64,000 nt of DNA from Elsinoe ampelina. Its lineage: Eukaryota. The stretch covers positions 41,588 through 105,587 of the forward strand of contig ML992509.1 in NCBI GenBank assembly GCA_010093995.1. Direction: 5' to 3'. The notes below the pieces were generated by a model, which made no database searches, was not told where the DNA came from, and saw only the letters and a list, made by a program, of their open reading frames with translations. Both the position numbers and the translations under genes were made by a program. This document shows positions 10,521 to 21,612 of the stretch, piece after piece (position 1 is the first letter of the stretch; every line of letters starts with the position of its first letter).

Positions 10521-13110
10521 CCTCGCTATTAGAACGGATTAATATAGAACTAGAGATAGAGGATAAGACTACTAATGCTAACAATTTGCTTAAATTGTTA
10601 TTAAGGACTAATATAAATTAACTAGATAATATTACTATAGTACTAAGCTATAGTAATAATAACTACTCTAAATTAGAGAGAGAGAGAATATAGAGAGGTT
10701 AATAGTATTCTAGTAGAAAGCGTTAGTAGATTTACTAGCTAGATTATATTTGTACTTCTAGTATAATTTGTATATTTTACTTACTACCTCCCCTTACGTA
10801 ATAAAGTAGTATAATAAAGTTAGGCCTAAAAATTTATAAGATATAGTAATACGCTAAGCTATAAAGTAAGCACTTTAACTACTAACTTGTTAAGTACTAT
10901 TAGGCAGGTACTAGGTTAGGTACCTCCCCCCCTAAGAGTAACACTATAACTATATACTAACTCTACCTACCTTAGTATAGTACCTAACCTAGAGTAACTT
11001 TTCCCTACTAAGCTTTTATATCTAACCTCTACCTAATATAGTACTATATCTACCTAAAAACTACTCTAGCTTATACTACTTATAATACTAAGGTTTATCT
11101 CCTCTATAAAGAGAATTTATAACTCTAGCGTACTTAAGATGTTACTAATAAGCTTAAAGAAGTAATAACTTTACGCTTTAGTAGTGTAGCTATACTTAGC
11201 CTCTCGATAGTACTCTATATTACTACTTATAATTTACACCTTAAGGAACTAGCTGCCGAGAAGAAGGCTCTTTTTAAGGCTAAGAACTACGCTAGTAAAG
11301 AGGTAAAGAAGTACTCTAAAGGCACTACTAAGTATATAACTACTCTCCTCTATTATTAAGCTCTTATTCTCTAGTACACTAAGAAGCTTTAAGCTTATAA
11401 AGCACTTATTAAAGAAGGTAAGAAGTGTCGTTTAAGAGTAGATAGAAGTACTAGTAGTAAGGCTAAGGAGTTATTAGAGGCCTTTATCGATCTTACTACT
11501 TAATAAACTACACCTCTAAGAGCACTATACTACTTAATTACACTACCTTCTTTAGCTTCATGTCCTTTATCGACAACGAGGTCAAATTCATGAAGTTCTA
11601 CCAGCCCGCCAAGAAGTACCTTTTTGGTAGGGAACGCACGGCCAAAGTACTTCAAGCCGGGCCAATCGGAGCAGCTGCTTCCCAAGGGGGTGTGCTTCTC
11701 AACCCCCTTGAGCACGTTACTGCTCACCTCAATTTGCACATCCCCTCCCTCTCTGCCCATGTCCACAACGAGCTTCTTCCACCCCCCCTCCTTCCTTTCC
11801 CTCGCTCTCTACTACCTTCCCCAGCTGCATGCGCCGATCCTCCTCGCACGTGTCCAACCCACCCCTTCCGCACTTCGCACGACCTGAGCAGTGAAAGAGC
11901 GCAGATCTCGCCCTCCCCGTGCCACTCCCCGGCACGGCAAGACGGTGATCCCGACCGACACGGCCACCACACAACGTGTGGTATGAAACAGGGCATCCGG
12001 CGAAAGTATGCGAGACAAACAGGCAGACTAAACTTTTCTCACCAGAAGGACAATTGCATCCCGTTGCGAGATGGGACTCTGAATCACAGCTCGTGTCTTG
12101 GCAGGAACCGGATGCCGGAGTTGACAGGGCCCGGGGGTTACCGAGGGGGTGGTAAGTAGCTGCATGCTGAACCTTCGCAAGGAGATGGCCATGGGGGGGG
12201 AAATGCATGTTGCGATTCAGGGCGTGGTTGCGCTGCCGAGGTTGGGCAGTGACGATTCCCATCCAGCGGCATTGTTGTGTTCTTCGAGTCGTATTACAGA
12301 ATCTGGCTGAGAGGTCCGGCTATATGCGTGCTCTGGACCTGTGCTGTTTCGCCACTCCACCCCACGACCACCTCCCCTAACTCCCATGACCCATACCCTC
12401 TATCCATTGTAGTGTACTCCCTCCCCGAGAGAACATCCCGTCGGATCCCCCAAACATGAAACACCCCCCTTCGTAAAGCCCAACCCCCACACTTTGTGGT
12501 TGTCAGTGCTTGATCGCCATGTCGATCCTGCGATTCGCAAGGGACAGTGATCGACCTCCCGGCCATTTCCTTGCGAAATCTCATCCCATGTGGGATGGTT
12601 TGATCGGCGCAACCACGTGCGGAGGATTGGGATGCCGGTGGCCGAACATGGACTTCTGGGTGGGTTCGTGGGTAGGATGGTGATCATTGGAAATGAGGGC
12701 CGGGGGGGAAATTGGGTCGGGGAGGGAGGAAGGGACGGCGGGAGAGGTTGCGAGAGGTTGCGAGGTTCGGACGCGAGTGCTTGCGAGGCTCGGAAGGGTT
12801 CCGATTCAGGGCAGATGATAGATGGCGGTAAGGAGGAAGGGTTGAAGACCCGGGCTGTGGGTGGAATGGTGGGCAAGGGATGAGAGATTAGAACGGCAGT
12901 AGAGAGGGGATGTGAGGAAGCTGAAAATGAATTCGTGACTATACAGCTTCCTATCGTAAAGGGGTATCTCATGCCTGTCGTTTGGCTCTAGCTATACTCC
13001 ATATCATAACCAATGCAGTCGTTGACACCAGTACTGTCATCCTGGCTATACTCTGTAGCATGCCCGACACGACCACAATGACAGGACGTTCGAAACTCCA
13101 GGTCGCCAAA

Positions 13111-16100
13111 TCAATACCTCTGCCTCACGCCTCCTCTTAGCCCTTCCTTCCATAGACAGCATATACTGTGGGACTCACACCACTTCTGCACCATCCATGG
13201 CTGCAACTCGTCCTTCTTGCGCTCCCTCTCTTCCTGTGCCTTTGATTTGCCCTTTCCTTTGCCCTTGCCAGCCTTTGCTTTCTTTCCGCTCGTAGCTTGT
13301 TCCGCAGTGTCCTCTACTCCTGCTGTAGCATCTTCAAGAGCTATTCTAGAGTCTCTGGGAGCTGGAGCTGGGACGGTGGTGCCGTCTGGCTTGACACCTT
13401 CACCCACCAGCCACGCTGTCAGGTCTTCAAGCACAATCGGGTCGTACATTAGAATCTTCTCGTGCCACGAAGGCCGAGTTGGATCCGTTGTCCTTAGTGC
13501 TGACTTGACCACTCTACTAATTGTCTTGAAGAGTGCAGCTTGCTGCTGTGCCTTGGTCGCTTGAATGTCTTCCTCAGAAATTGCCACAGTGGTGGGGCCT
13601 AAGCTCAGAGGAATGGGCGCGACAGCCGCTCTTCCGGCCTGATTGGCTGTAAGGGATGCTGGATCGGGCGCGAGGTCAAGCTTCCTAGGACTTGAAGGTG
13701 GTGAGCTGGCTGACCGTCGCGGTGGTGACAAAGCAGGCGCTGACGCTTCCGAGTCCGAAATCTCGTCAATATCATGCCAGTCACGGGTGGACGAAACAGG
13801 CATGACCGTGGACCTGCGCTGAAGCTTTGGAGTCGTCACTTTCGTGGCTGGACTTCTTAGAGACGCAGCTTTTGGTGATGTGCTCCGTTTCGAAGAGGAT
13901 GGCTGTGGCTTCTGCCGTGGCTTTGTTATCATCTTCGGTGCAGGTGGACTCGAATCTTTCCTCGGACGTCCTCGAGGCCGTTTGAGTACTTCATCAATGT
14001 CTTGAAAGTCGTCACTGGGAATAGCGTCCTTTCGCGGTCTGCCCCGAGGCCGTTTCGGTGAGTTCAAAGGGGCGATCGGCTTGTCAGTTGAGGTAGAATC
14101 TTTCCGCGGTCTTCCTCGAGGTCTCTTGATGCCTGACATGTCGTTGTCGAGCTGGGATACGATTTCAGCAGCTGTCTTCCTCGGACTGGCCATGGCCGCT
14201 GTTGTTGAGAGCTTGAGCCCACCGCTGAGGGCTAGACGACTTGTCGGTGTGTTGACGTCCAGGTCCTGGAGTGCATGTCTGACTGGGACGACCACAGGAG
14301 GTGAGCTTGAAATGAGAACAAAGTCATCCTTAGCTGGTGACTGCGCTGGTATTACCTCCTTCGTGGGTCGGGCTTCTTCAACCTGAGCGATTTTGGGTTC
14401 ACCGTCGACTTGTACCGGCTCAAGATCCGAAATGTCGACATAACCAGAATCATGCCGGCTCTGATTGTCTGAACCCACTTTGTCCATTGCCACATTTTGA
14501 GCAGGAGCATTGATCTTGTTGACATTGACCTCATCCGGCACTGTCTCATCCATGACACCTGTATGCGCTTCATGATCCGGTAGTAGCCCGATCGTGGTCA
14601 ATCTCTGCTTTCTCGGAGTACTCACGAATGTCCTCGCGTCCTGATCTCTAGCAGCCCTGCTCCACAGGTTTGACATACCGGGTCCCACTGAAAGCGACGT
14701 ACCATGAGGCGCGGAGACGACCTTCAGCCTTGATGTCGTTGGGCTCTGTTCAATATCACTGCTCAATGCTTGCGATGCGAATGCCATATCTTCAGATTCA
14801 TGGATGGCTCGTTGCATCATCCGGTGCGTGCTCGGCGAATCGCCCTTTGCCAGTTGACTGGATGTGCCAAAGAGGAAGTCCTGGTCGCGCATCTTCATGA
14901 CTGCTTTCTGCGGCTCGGGAAACTGGAATTGGACAGTGGTGGTCATCCTTTTCGGTGCTTTGAGGGTATGCTCGGGTTCAAGGATGCGGGTTGGGTCGTT
15001 CCCCAGACGTACGACTTGGGTAGCTGTGGGCTGGAAGAACTCGGACACTGCTTTCTCGTTCGTTTGAGGGTCTTTTCGATACGCAGAGATGGCGTAGTCG
15101 GTGATTGTCTTCGGCCTTACGACCTTCGGCACCCTGGGTTTCTTGGGCGGCTTTGGCTTCTTCGGCTCTTTTGGCTCCTTGACCTTCTTCACAGCTGGTT
15201 CTTTGACCTTCTTCTCAGCTCGTTTCCTCTTTGGCACTGCTTCTGCACCCTCGACTTTCTTCTTCCGAGTCTTTGCAGGTGCTGGCTTCATCGTCTCGGC
15301 AGATCCGGCAGCCTCGCCTCCCTGGTACCCAAACTTTTTAAGCATGGTCAATGCTTGATCCGGGTCCATGAAAGCGCCTTCAGAACCATCACTCATCGGA
15401 TGTGGTGTTGGTGGAAGTATTGGTTCCAGAGTCGGCGTCCAGCTCCGCTTGCGCGTAGGCGCCGTCTCCAAACCTAGCTCCTCGATCGGCGTAGCTGCTC
15501 GTGTCTTTCCTTTCCTCCTACTGGTCACAACGTCTGATGTAGCATCCGCAGTGTGATCGTGCTCGTTGAAATGATGTGAAGCCTCTGTATCATCCTTCCC
15601 TATACGTGGTCCTGTGACGTCTGCAGGCGCTACCTCCTTGCTCATCCTCTTCCGACCACGTGCTGTTGGCTTCTTTGGCTTGCCAGAATCTCCACCAGCT
15701 GCCGTTGTGTCTTTGCCCTGAGCTTTGGCCTTTGCGACCCTCTTTCTCGGCTTCGGTGCGCCAGTCTCGTCCACAGCAGCCTTCGTAGATCGCTTGCGTT
15801 TGGTACCAGCTTTCACTGAAGGCGTTGGCGCCTTCTTGACAGCTGCGTCGGGAAGCGCCAGCTCGTTGTCACCCTCGCCGTGTTGTTGTTCCGTCTTGGA
15901 CTGCTTCTTCTTGCCAGACCTGCTGAGCTTGCCGGCCTGGTCACTGGTGTCAATATCCCGAGATGGAGAGCTCAGTCTTCCAGATTGGGCGTCCTTGGAC
16001 TGCGGCCAATGCGCACTTATCGTGTCGGAGTATGGCATGTTCGGTGAAGACGGATGTCCTGGAGTTTGACGCAAGAAGGCCGAGGGAGAAGGCTGATCGA

Positions 16101-16212
16101 TATCTGACGGATCTCCAGTCCCACTTCGAAAGCCATTACTATAATGGATCGCTTGCGCTCGAGTTGGTGACGAGGACGAGAGGACTATCGGCGCATCGAG
16201 AGTGGCGGCCAT
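13111..16212 (-). CDS. SLX4: Structure-specific endonuclease subunit SLX4
   Basis: Fungal Slx4 motifs QDFLFGTSSQL, SWHEKILMYDPIVLEDLTAWL and KWCESHSICCLWK. First ATG at 16212 (MAATLDAPIVLSSS); three KRPRGRPRK AT-hook-like repeats. Confidence 0.92.
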   Translation of the reverse strand: MAATLDAPIVLSSSSPTRAQAIHYSNGFRSGTGDPSDIDQPSPSAFLRQTPGHPSSPNMPYSDTISAHWPQSKDAQSGRLSSPSRDIDTSDQAGKLSRSGKKKQSKTEQQHGEGDNELALPDAAVKKAPTPSVKAGTKRKRSTKAAVDETGAPKPRKRVAKAKAQGKDTTAAGGDSGKPKKPTARGRKRMSKEVAPADVTGPRIGKDDTEASHHFNEHDHTADATSDVVTSRRKGKTRAATPIEELGLETAPTRKRSWTPTLEPILPPTPHPMSDGSEGAFMDPDQALTMLKKFGYQGGEAAGSAETMKPAPAKTRKKKVEGAEAVPKRKRAEKKVKEPAVKKVKEPKEPKKPKPPKKPRVPKVVRPKTITDYAISAYRKDPQTNEKAVSEFFQPTATQVVRLGNDPTRILEPEHTLKAPKRMTTTVQFQFPEPQKAVMKMRDQDFLFGTSSQLAKGDSPSTHRMMQRAIHESEDMAFASQALSSDIEQSPTTSRLKVVSAPHGTSLSVGPGMSNLWSRAARDQDARTFVSTPRKQRLTTIGLLPDHEAHTGVMDETVPDEVNVNKINAPAQNVAMDKVGSDNQSRHDSGYVDISDLEPVQVDGEPKIAQVEEARPTKEVIPAQSPAKDDFVLISSSPPVVVPVRHALQDLDVNTPTSRLALSGGLKLSTTAAMASPRKTAAEIVSQLDNDMSGIKRPRGRPRKDSTSTDKPIAPLNSPKRPRGRPRKDAIPSDDFQDIDEVLKRPRGRPRKDSSPPAPKMITKPRQKPQPSSSKRSTSPKAASLRSPATKVTTPKLQRRSTVMPVSSTRDWHDIDEISDSEASAPALSPPRRSASSPPSSPRKLDLAPDPASLTANQAGRAAVAPIPLSLGPTTVAISEEDIQATKAQQQAALFKTISRVVKSALRTTDPTRPSWHEKILMYDPIVLEDLTAWLVGEGVKPDGTTVPAPAPRDSRIALEDATAGVEDTAEQATSGKKAKAGKGKGKGKSKAQEERERKKDELQPWMVQKWCESHSICCLWKEGLRGGVRQRY

Positions 16213-16660
16213 GGCGGAGGGAACGCGCGACCATAGCTGCCTGCGCGTGGAGCGGCAAAGGATGCGGAGCGTGCTCACAGTTGCTGGTCACATATGATGT
16301 AGACGCTGCTGACGAAAAGCTTGCAATTCGATTGAGTGCGTATTGCGAATGGTCAACATGGAGGGGCTCGTTCTCATGGAGGATAGTTCAAAAGCACAGA
16401 CGCGTAAACTTGTGATTGGTGGACGCGTCTGACTTCAGCAGAGCCTCAACACCTCTTTGATTGCGCAACTCCTCCTTCTAAAGACACCCCGAAGTTATAT
16501 ATGCAAGTCAAAATGGTCCAGGCTTCCAATATGTTGCCTCCGTGGACATGCCGTGTCGAAACAAAAATCGCAAGCACTGCAACATTGCAGCTTGCGTTTC
16601 TCAGAAGGCCACTCCCATTTCGGCGTCATCATCTTGATCATCAGGACCTCTTATCCACTC

Positions 16661-17288
16661 TCATTCCTCCATGGTCGGGTGAGTATTTCCAAGGACCCAT
16701 GCACCGTCGTCTTTGTCGTCATCGCCGTCATCGTCCTTTGGCTCCTGCTTGATCTTGGGCGCCGATTTCTCGGTTTTGATCTTTGCCTTCGTACGGCGCT
16801 CAGTCTCGTCCAGCTCCTTCTTCGTGGCGAGCTGTCTCTGCTCCTCTTCGACCTTCATATTTGGTGCCTCATCCTCGCCGGCATGCACATCACGCCAGCT
16901 GTTGACGTGCTTGTATTTACGGCCCTTGCCGCGGAACTCCGTCGCCAGGAGACTGTGGTGATTTCCTTGGATGATCCTATGATATGATTAGTACGTCACG
17001 ACACAGAGGAAGCACGCAGGACTACCTGACGGCTGAAAGCCTTTGTTTCTCGGCGTCGACGAGTAGTTTCTTGGCGTTATCGGTCGGTGCTTTGAGGTAT
17101 GTGTCTGTCAGCTTGAAGATCTTGACGTAGCGATCCAGATGCTCTCGATCTGCCTTCTTCTGACGCTCGTAGTCAGCCTGTGTCTTAGACAAGCTGTTTC
17201 GGCGGTTGCGTTCTATCGCTGTGCGCCTATTGTTTGAGAGCTTGGAGGGGTCGGAGCGCGGTGCTTGGAGAGCCCTGTTTGGAGCCAT
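16661..17288 (-). CDS. Hypothetical protein, 2 exons (~192 aa), charged and probably nuclear
   Basis: Exon 1 17288-17026, intron GTAGT...CTAAT...TAG at 17025-16977, exon 2 16976-16661. The spliced length of 579 nt is in frame. Confidence 0.6.
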
Positions 17289-18155
17289 GATGCTTGATGC
17301 TGTGTTGATTTGTGTCCGATCTGCGAAGAATGGTGGTGTAATGAATTGGATGTCGCTTGTTGTCGTCGTCGAGAATGATGAGGTCGCAGTCGGATCCGCA
17401 GGAAAGCTATGGTTCGTCCTGCTTGCGAGGCAAGCACGTCTGGGGGCTGTCGGCAAGGTACGAGTCAACGCGTTCGGCAAGGATCATTCTCGAAGTGGTA
17501 GTTGCGGTCCGATACTGTCTGAATCTGGAGGCTGGTCCTCGCTGGTAAAGTCAGTGTCGTCCCAGAGTCTTGTCTCGTACTGATATACTTGCAGGTACCC
17601 CCGCTGTCTGTGTTCTCAGGGAGTGATGGTTGGACGTTCTTGATTCCAATCACGCGCTTGAGACAGTCGCGGCAGGCGCTCGTGAATGCAGGGGCTCGTT
17701 TGCTAGACTGGTGCAATCAGATGCCGCGCGTCGATGGTGCTCTAACTGGCAGGTGCTGGATTGATTTTGAACCTCTGGTGATGACCTACTTGGACAGGTG
17801 CGAGAATGTATCGAACGCGAAGTACCGTGTCGCGAAGTGGCGCGTGAGTGGTGACAACAAAAGTTTCTGAGGCACCGAACCAGCGTGTCGGTGACGGCTG
17901 GCGTGCAGATCTTCGATGTGTCGGGTCCTTCACACGTGATCGGAGAAGCAGGCATCAGATGAAGAAACGTGATTAGGTACTACCAGAATTCAGTGACGCT
18001 GGTAGGATATCGAGTAGAAGTGCGTCGCCTTGGTGAAAGGCTGCAAATTTGGCTCTTCGAGTCAGAGATATATTCATGAATGTATGAGTTTTACAGATGC
18101 TGCCGATGATATCCGTCATGCGAGACCACGAGATCATCCTCGAGACCTTGACCTG

Positions 18156-20629
18156 TCACGTGTCCATACCAGGGACATATCGCTCCTCAAGCGTTGCAAT
18201 CGCCTTGTCGACCGCCTGCTTAGCCACACCCACCCACCTCTTCAACGCCTTCTCATCACCTCTTTGCACGCTCTCTACCAGCCCTGGCCATGTGGCACCT
18301 GCATATCCAGTCCACAAGCCCGGTGCGAAGACCACGTGCTTGAACCAACTTCTTCCGTCCAGGCCCTTGTTGTACAAGAATGCTCTTTCGAGGTACTGAT
18401 ATTTCTTGTTTACCTTCCTGATCAGAGCATAGAGCTCTCTCGAGGCGCCGTTCTCGGCGGTAACGGCTCTCTGCTCAAGGCTATTGGCGTATCGATCGAA
18501 GTCTGCACTAGACTCCTGGAGCCTGTGGATCGCTTTCGTCAAAGGCTCTAATTCCTTGGTGAGATGCGCATCGCTGATGCTGTCGCTGTGCACAAAGCCT
18601 TCTTCATTGACTGCAGCAGTTTTGACACTTCCGAGGTATCTCTCCAGGGCTCCTGCGTAGTCGGTGGCATTGAAGGCGACGACTGGACTCTCGAGAAGCC
18701 TCGCAGCGAGAAGGCCGAGGACCTTTGCAATGGCGACATGATACTCGAATGTAGGATCGCCGTACTTATCCATCCATGCTTGGCTGTCGTAGTTGCTGTG
18801 GTAATGGTAGACGGGATCGCTTGGTCCGGCGTTGAAGCCCATATCAATGCAAGGGATGCCAGCGTAGTCCTGGAAGGCCGTAAAGTCACTGCCAGAGCCC
18901 ATGGTACGGATTCGCTTATCCCACTTGTCGAATACCGTTGTGCCAGGGACAGTCTGATTCGGACTGAGCACATCCTTGGTAGCCTGGATAAGGACTTTGT
19001 CGAGCAGAGGTGCTGCTGCTGCAGTCAGTGCCGAGCCTCGAGCTCCAACATCAACATTGAGATAGGCGACGGCGGTCTTCGATAGCCAAGGCAAGAACTC
19101 CTCCACCCATTCTGTCGAACCGACAAGGCCATACTCTTCGCCATCCCATGACGCAAAAACGATCGTGCGCTGCGGCTTCCAACCACGAGAAAGGGCGATA
19201 CCAAATGATCGGATAATCTCATTGAGTGCTGCAGACCCTGAATTGGGATCTCCGGCTCCTCCAGCAATCCAAGCGTCGCGATGGTTACCAAGGACAATGA
19301 CTTCGTCGGAGAGCGTTCCATTTATGACACCGATCGTGTTCCAGAGGGGCGTGATCGTATACTCCTGTTTGTTGTACAAATGTATCTTCGTCGAGGATGG
19401 AGAAGGCCCAATGTTGTACCTGACACCTTTATTGTATAATCCACCTCCCTCCCAGCGCGATCCGAAAGACGTAGCATTAGGGCCGTGACCATTAAGAGCT
19501 TTGAGTAGAGGTAGTGCCTCGGCGTACGAGATGGGTAGTGAAGGGATCGAAGGTGTCGAGAAGTTTGCCGAATTGCGTGGGACACCAGGCTTTGAAGGGT
19601 AGCCGATGGTTGTTGGGTCACCAGGAGCGAAGCCTGAACGTCAGCAAGGTCACTAAAAGAAAAAAACGATACTCACTCAAGAATTGCACACTACCCCTTT
19701 GAACACTGCTTGGATTCCTTGCTGGACCGTCCGGATATGCTTTGAAACCGTTCTCCTCAGTGACTTCTCCATCATCGCCAGGGTCGCTGTAGATGATGCA
19801 TCCGATCATGCCCAGCTCTTCTGCTCTCTTCACCTTCAAGCCTCTGAAGATGCCTCCGTACTTGGCTAATGCGATCTTGCCCTTCAAATCGATGCCAGCC
19901 TCGACCAATGCTTCGTAGTCCCTGTAGGTACCATAGTTGACGTACACATACTGACCAGTGACGTTTCCGCTGGCCGAATATCCGTGAAAGGTCGGTACCC
20001 GGTTGGGCAGACTTGTTGTAGGATCTTCTTCGAGAACATCTTCCTCGAGCGTCGCCGTGAATGAGACTTTGCCGTCCTTGTATAGCACAAGACCGTGATC
20101 CTCTGGATAGTTGATGTACACTTCGTAGGGCACCACCTCGCTGGTCACACCAAAGCTATTCCACAAGTCCCTTGTCCACTCTGCCTGGCTCAGATTCTTG
20201 CCTGCAAGATGCGGTCCAGCCGTATAGTAATTGCTCCATTCCCGCGCCTTCTCTTCGTTCGGCGTTTCATTCAGGACCTTCTTCAACTCTGCAAATGGGA
20301 TCCCTTCTGACTCAGGCCAAGCTGGATGCGCCATCTCGGCATGCTTGTGAGGTCTGAACCATTGCCACGGCCACCGGAAAGGGAGATCAGTCGGTCTACC
20401 GCCGAGGAAATCAGTCTCGCCAGAGAGTGTGATTGAGAGGACCAGGATCGCCGCCGTCAGGAGTGGTATGCTGACGAGTGCTATCGTACAGAATCGACGG
20501 ACCTGCCAATGGTCAATTTCCGAAGGATCAAGGGCAAGTGAGTGCGCATACTGTATGATTCGAGTACCTCGGTCGTGGAGGTGAGACCTGTACCACCTGT
20601 ATCAGAGGTGTCTGCTCGTTTGGTGGCAT
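18156..20629 (-). CDS. Glutamate carboxypeptidase II / transferrin-receptor-like M28B peptidase (Vps70/Tre-like), multi-exon
   Basis: GNHRDAW, GDPNSGSA, SWDGEEYGLVGSTEWVE, YLNVD, GSGSDF and YHYHSNYD motifs; PA domain (VYVNYG...YSDPGDDG); TfR-dimer C-terminus (FKHVVFAPG). N-terminal TM segment; GT-AG introns near 20.5 and 19.65 kb. Confidence 0.9.
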
Positions 20630-21121
20630 GCTGGCGGTTCTTCGTTGTCTATCTCTGCCGTCGCAGCTGCATGAAACACGCGACACAACGCCTGCTGAGG
20701 TCGTTGCGATGGTCGTAGTGGCCTCGCAAGGTTCGTACAGTCTTTGGCTGCCGGTCAGGAAGAATAGATAACGAAAAGGTCACCATATCGAGTGTGGAGG
20801 TGGGGCTCTTCGAGACGTCATTCTTGACAAGAGGAACTCGACAGCGACAGGGATGTAGGCAGATTGAAAACGAACTCTACTTCGATCAAGTACACGTTCA
20901 TACCTCGATATCTATCGGTAAAATCCGACCAGCATTGCAAAGAACGTGTGTCTATAGATCATGTTTCTAAGCGGATCAACCAGTTGTGAGGGAGGTGAGT
21001 TGCGGCGAGCTTATTTCAGACACCGGCCTTGCCTTCTTTCACTTCGATATAACTTACACGACTCTTTCCTCCATTTCCAAATCTATTGTCCTTCCGTGCT
21101 CGTTGTTGTCATCCAATCAAA

Positions 21122-21547
21122 ATGTCCAGCGCTCATACCATCAGTAACGAACACATCCAAAGTCTCATAACGAAAGCACAAGAAGTCGTTTCCCGTATAC
21201 CACCAAACCTTGACCATACTGTATCTGCGGCGATCCTAACCAAGGATGGAAAGCTGGTAACTGGAGTAAACATGTCGCACTTCACTGGAGGACCATGTGC
21301 AGAGCCGGTGGCTATCGCAACAGCAGTCAGCCAGGGGTACATGCCGAATGAGTTGGCCGCTATCGTTGCTATGAACAAGAAGCGTGGGGTGCTGAACCCA
21401 TGTGGCAGATGCCGTCAACAGATGCGAGACCTCTGCCCGCAAATCCAGGTCATTGTCAAGGAGCCATCAGGCGAAACAAGACTTGCAACCATCGAAGAGC
21501 TTTTGCCTCTGGCTTATGTCTACCCAACCGAGTCCACGCAGCCATAG
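21122..21547 (+). CDS. bsd: Blasticidin-S deaminase-like cytidine deaminase family protein
   Basis: TGVN.SHFTGGPCAE, PCGRCRQ and ELLP.AYV closely resemble Aspergillus terreus BSD as I recall it. ATG at 21122; intronless. Confidence 0.85.
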   Translation: MSSAHTISNEHIQSLITKAQEVVSRIPPNLDHTVSAAILTKDGKLVTGVNMSHFTGGPCAEPVAIATAVSQGYMPNELAAIVAMNKKRGVLNPCGRCRQQMRDLCPQIQVIVKEPSGETRLATIEELLPLAYVYPTESTQP

Positions 21548-21612
21548 TTGCGAAACGATCCCCATTTCAAAAAGCGATACTCGCACGAGAGCAGCTGCTA
21601 CTGGTCGCTGCT

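Larger units (their letters stand above)
1..11560. repeat. AT-rich RIP-degenerated transposon block (left)
   Basis: Near absence of CA/TG dinucleotides, TA excess and dense in-frame TAA/TAG. The composition switches to GC-balanced near 11.55-11.6 kb. Confidence 0.95.

Noticed and set aside
12294..12972. Several overlapping Pro-rich or Gly-rich ORFs
   Set aside because: Low-complexity products of C/G skew with no recognisable domain.
17341..17870. Possible spliced plus-strand gene (intron-like GTAAAG...CTGAT...CAG near 17544-17593)
   Set aside because: Splicing gives an open frame, but it starts ~50 bp from the divergent gene's ATG and has no recognisable features.
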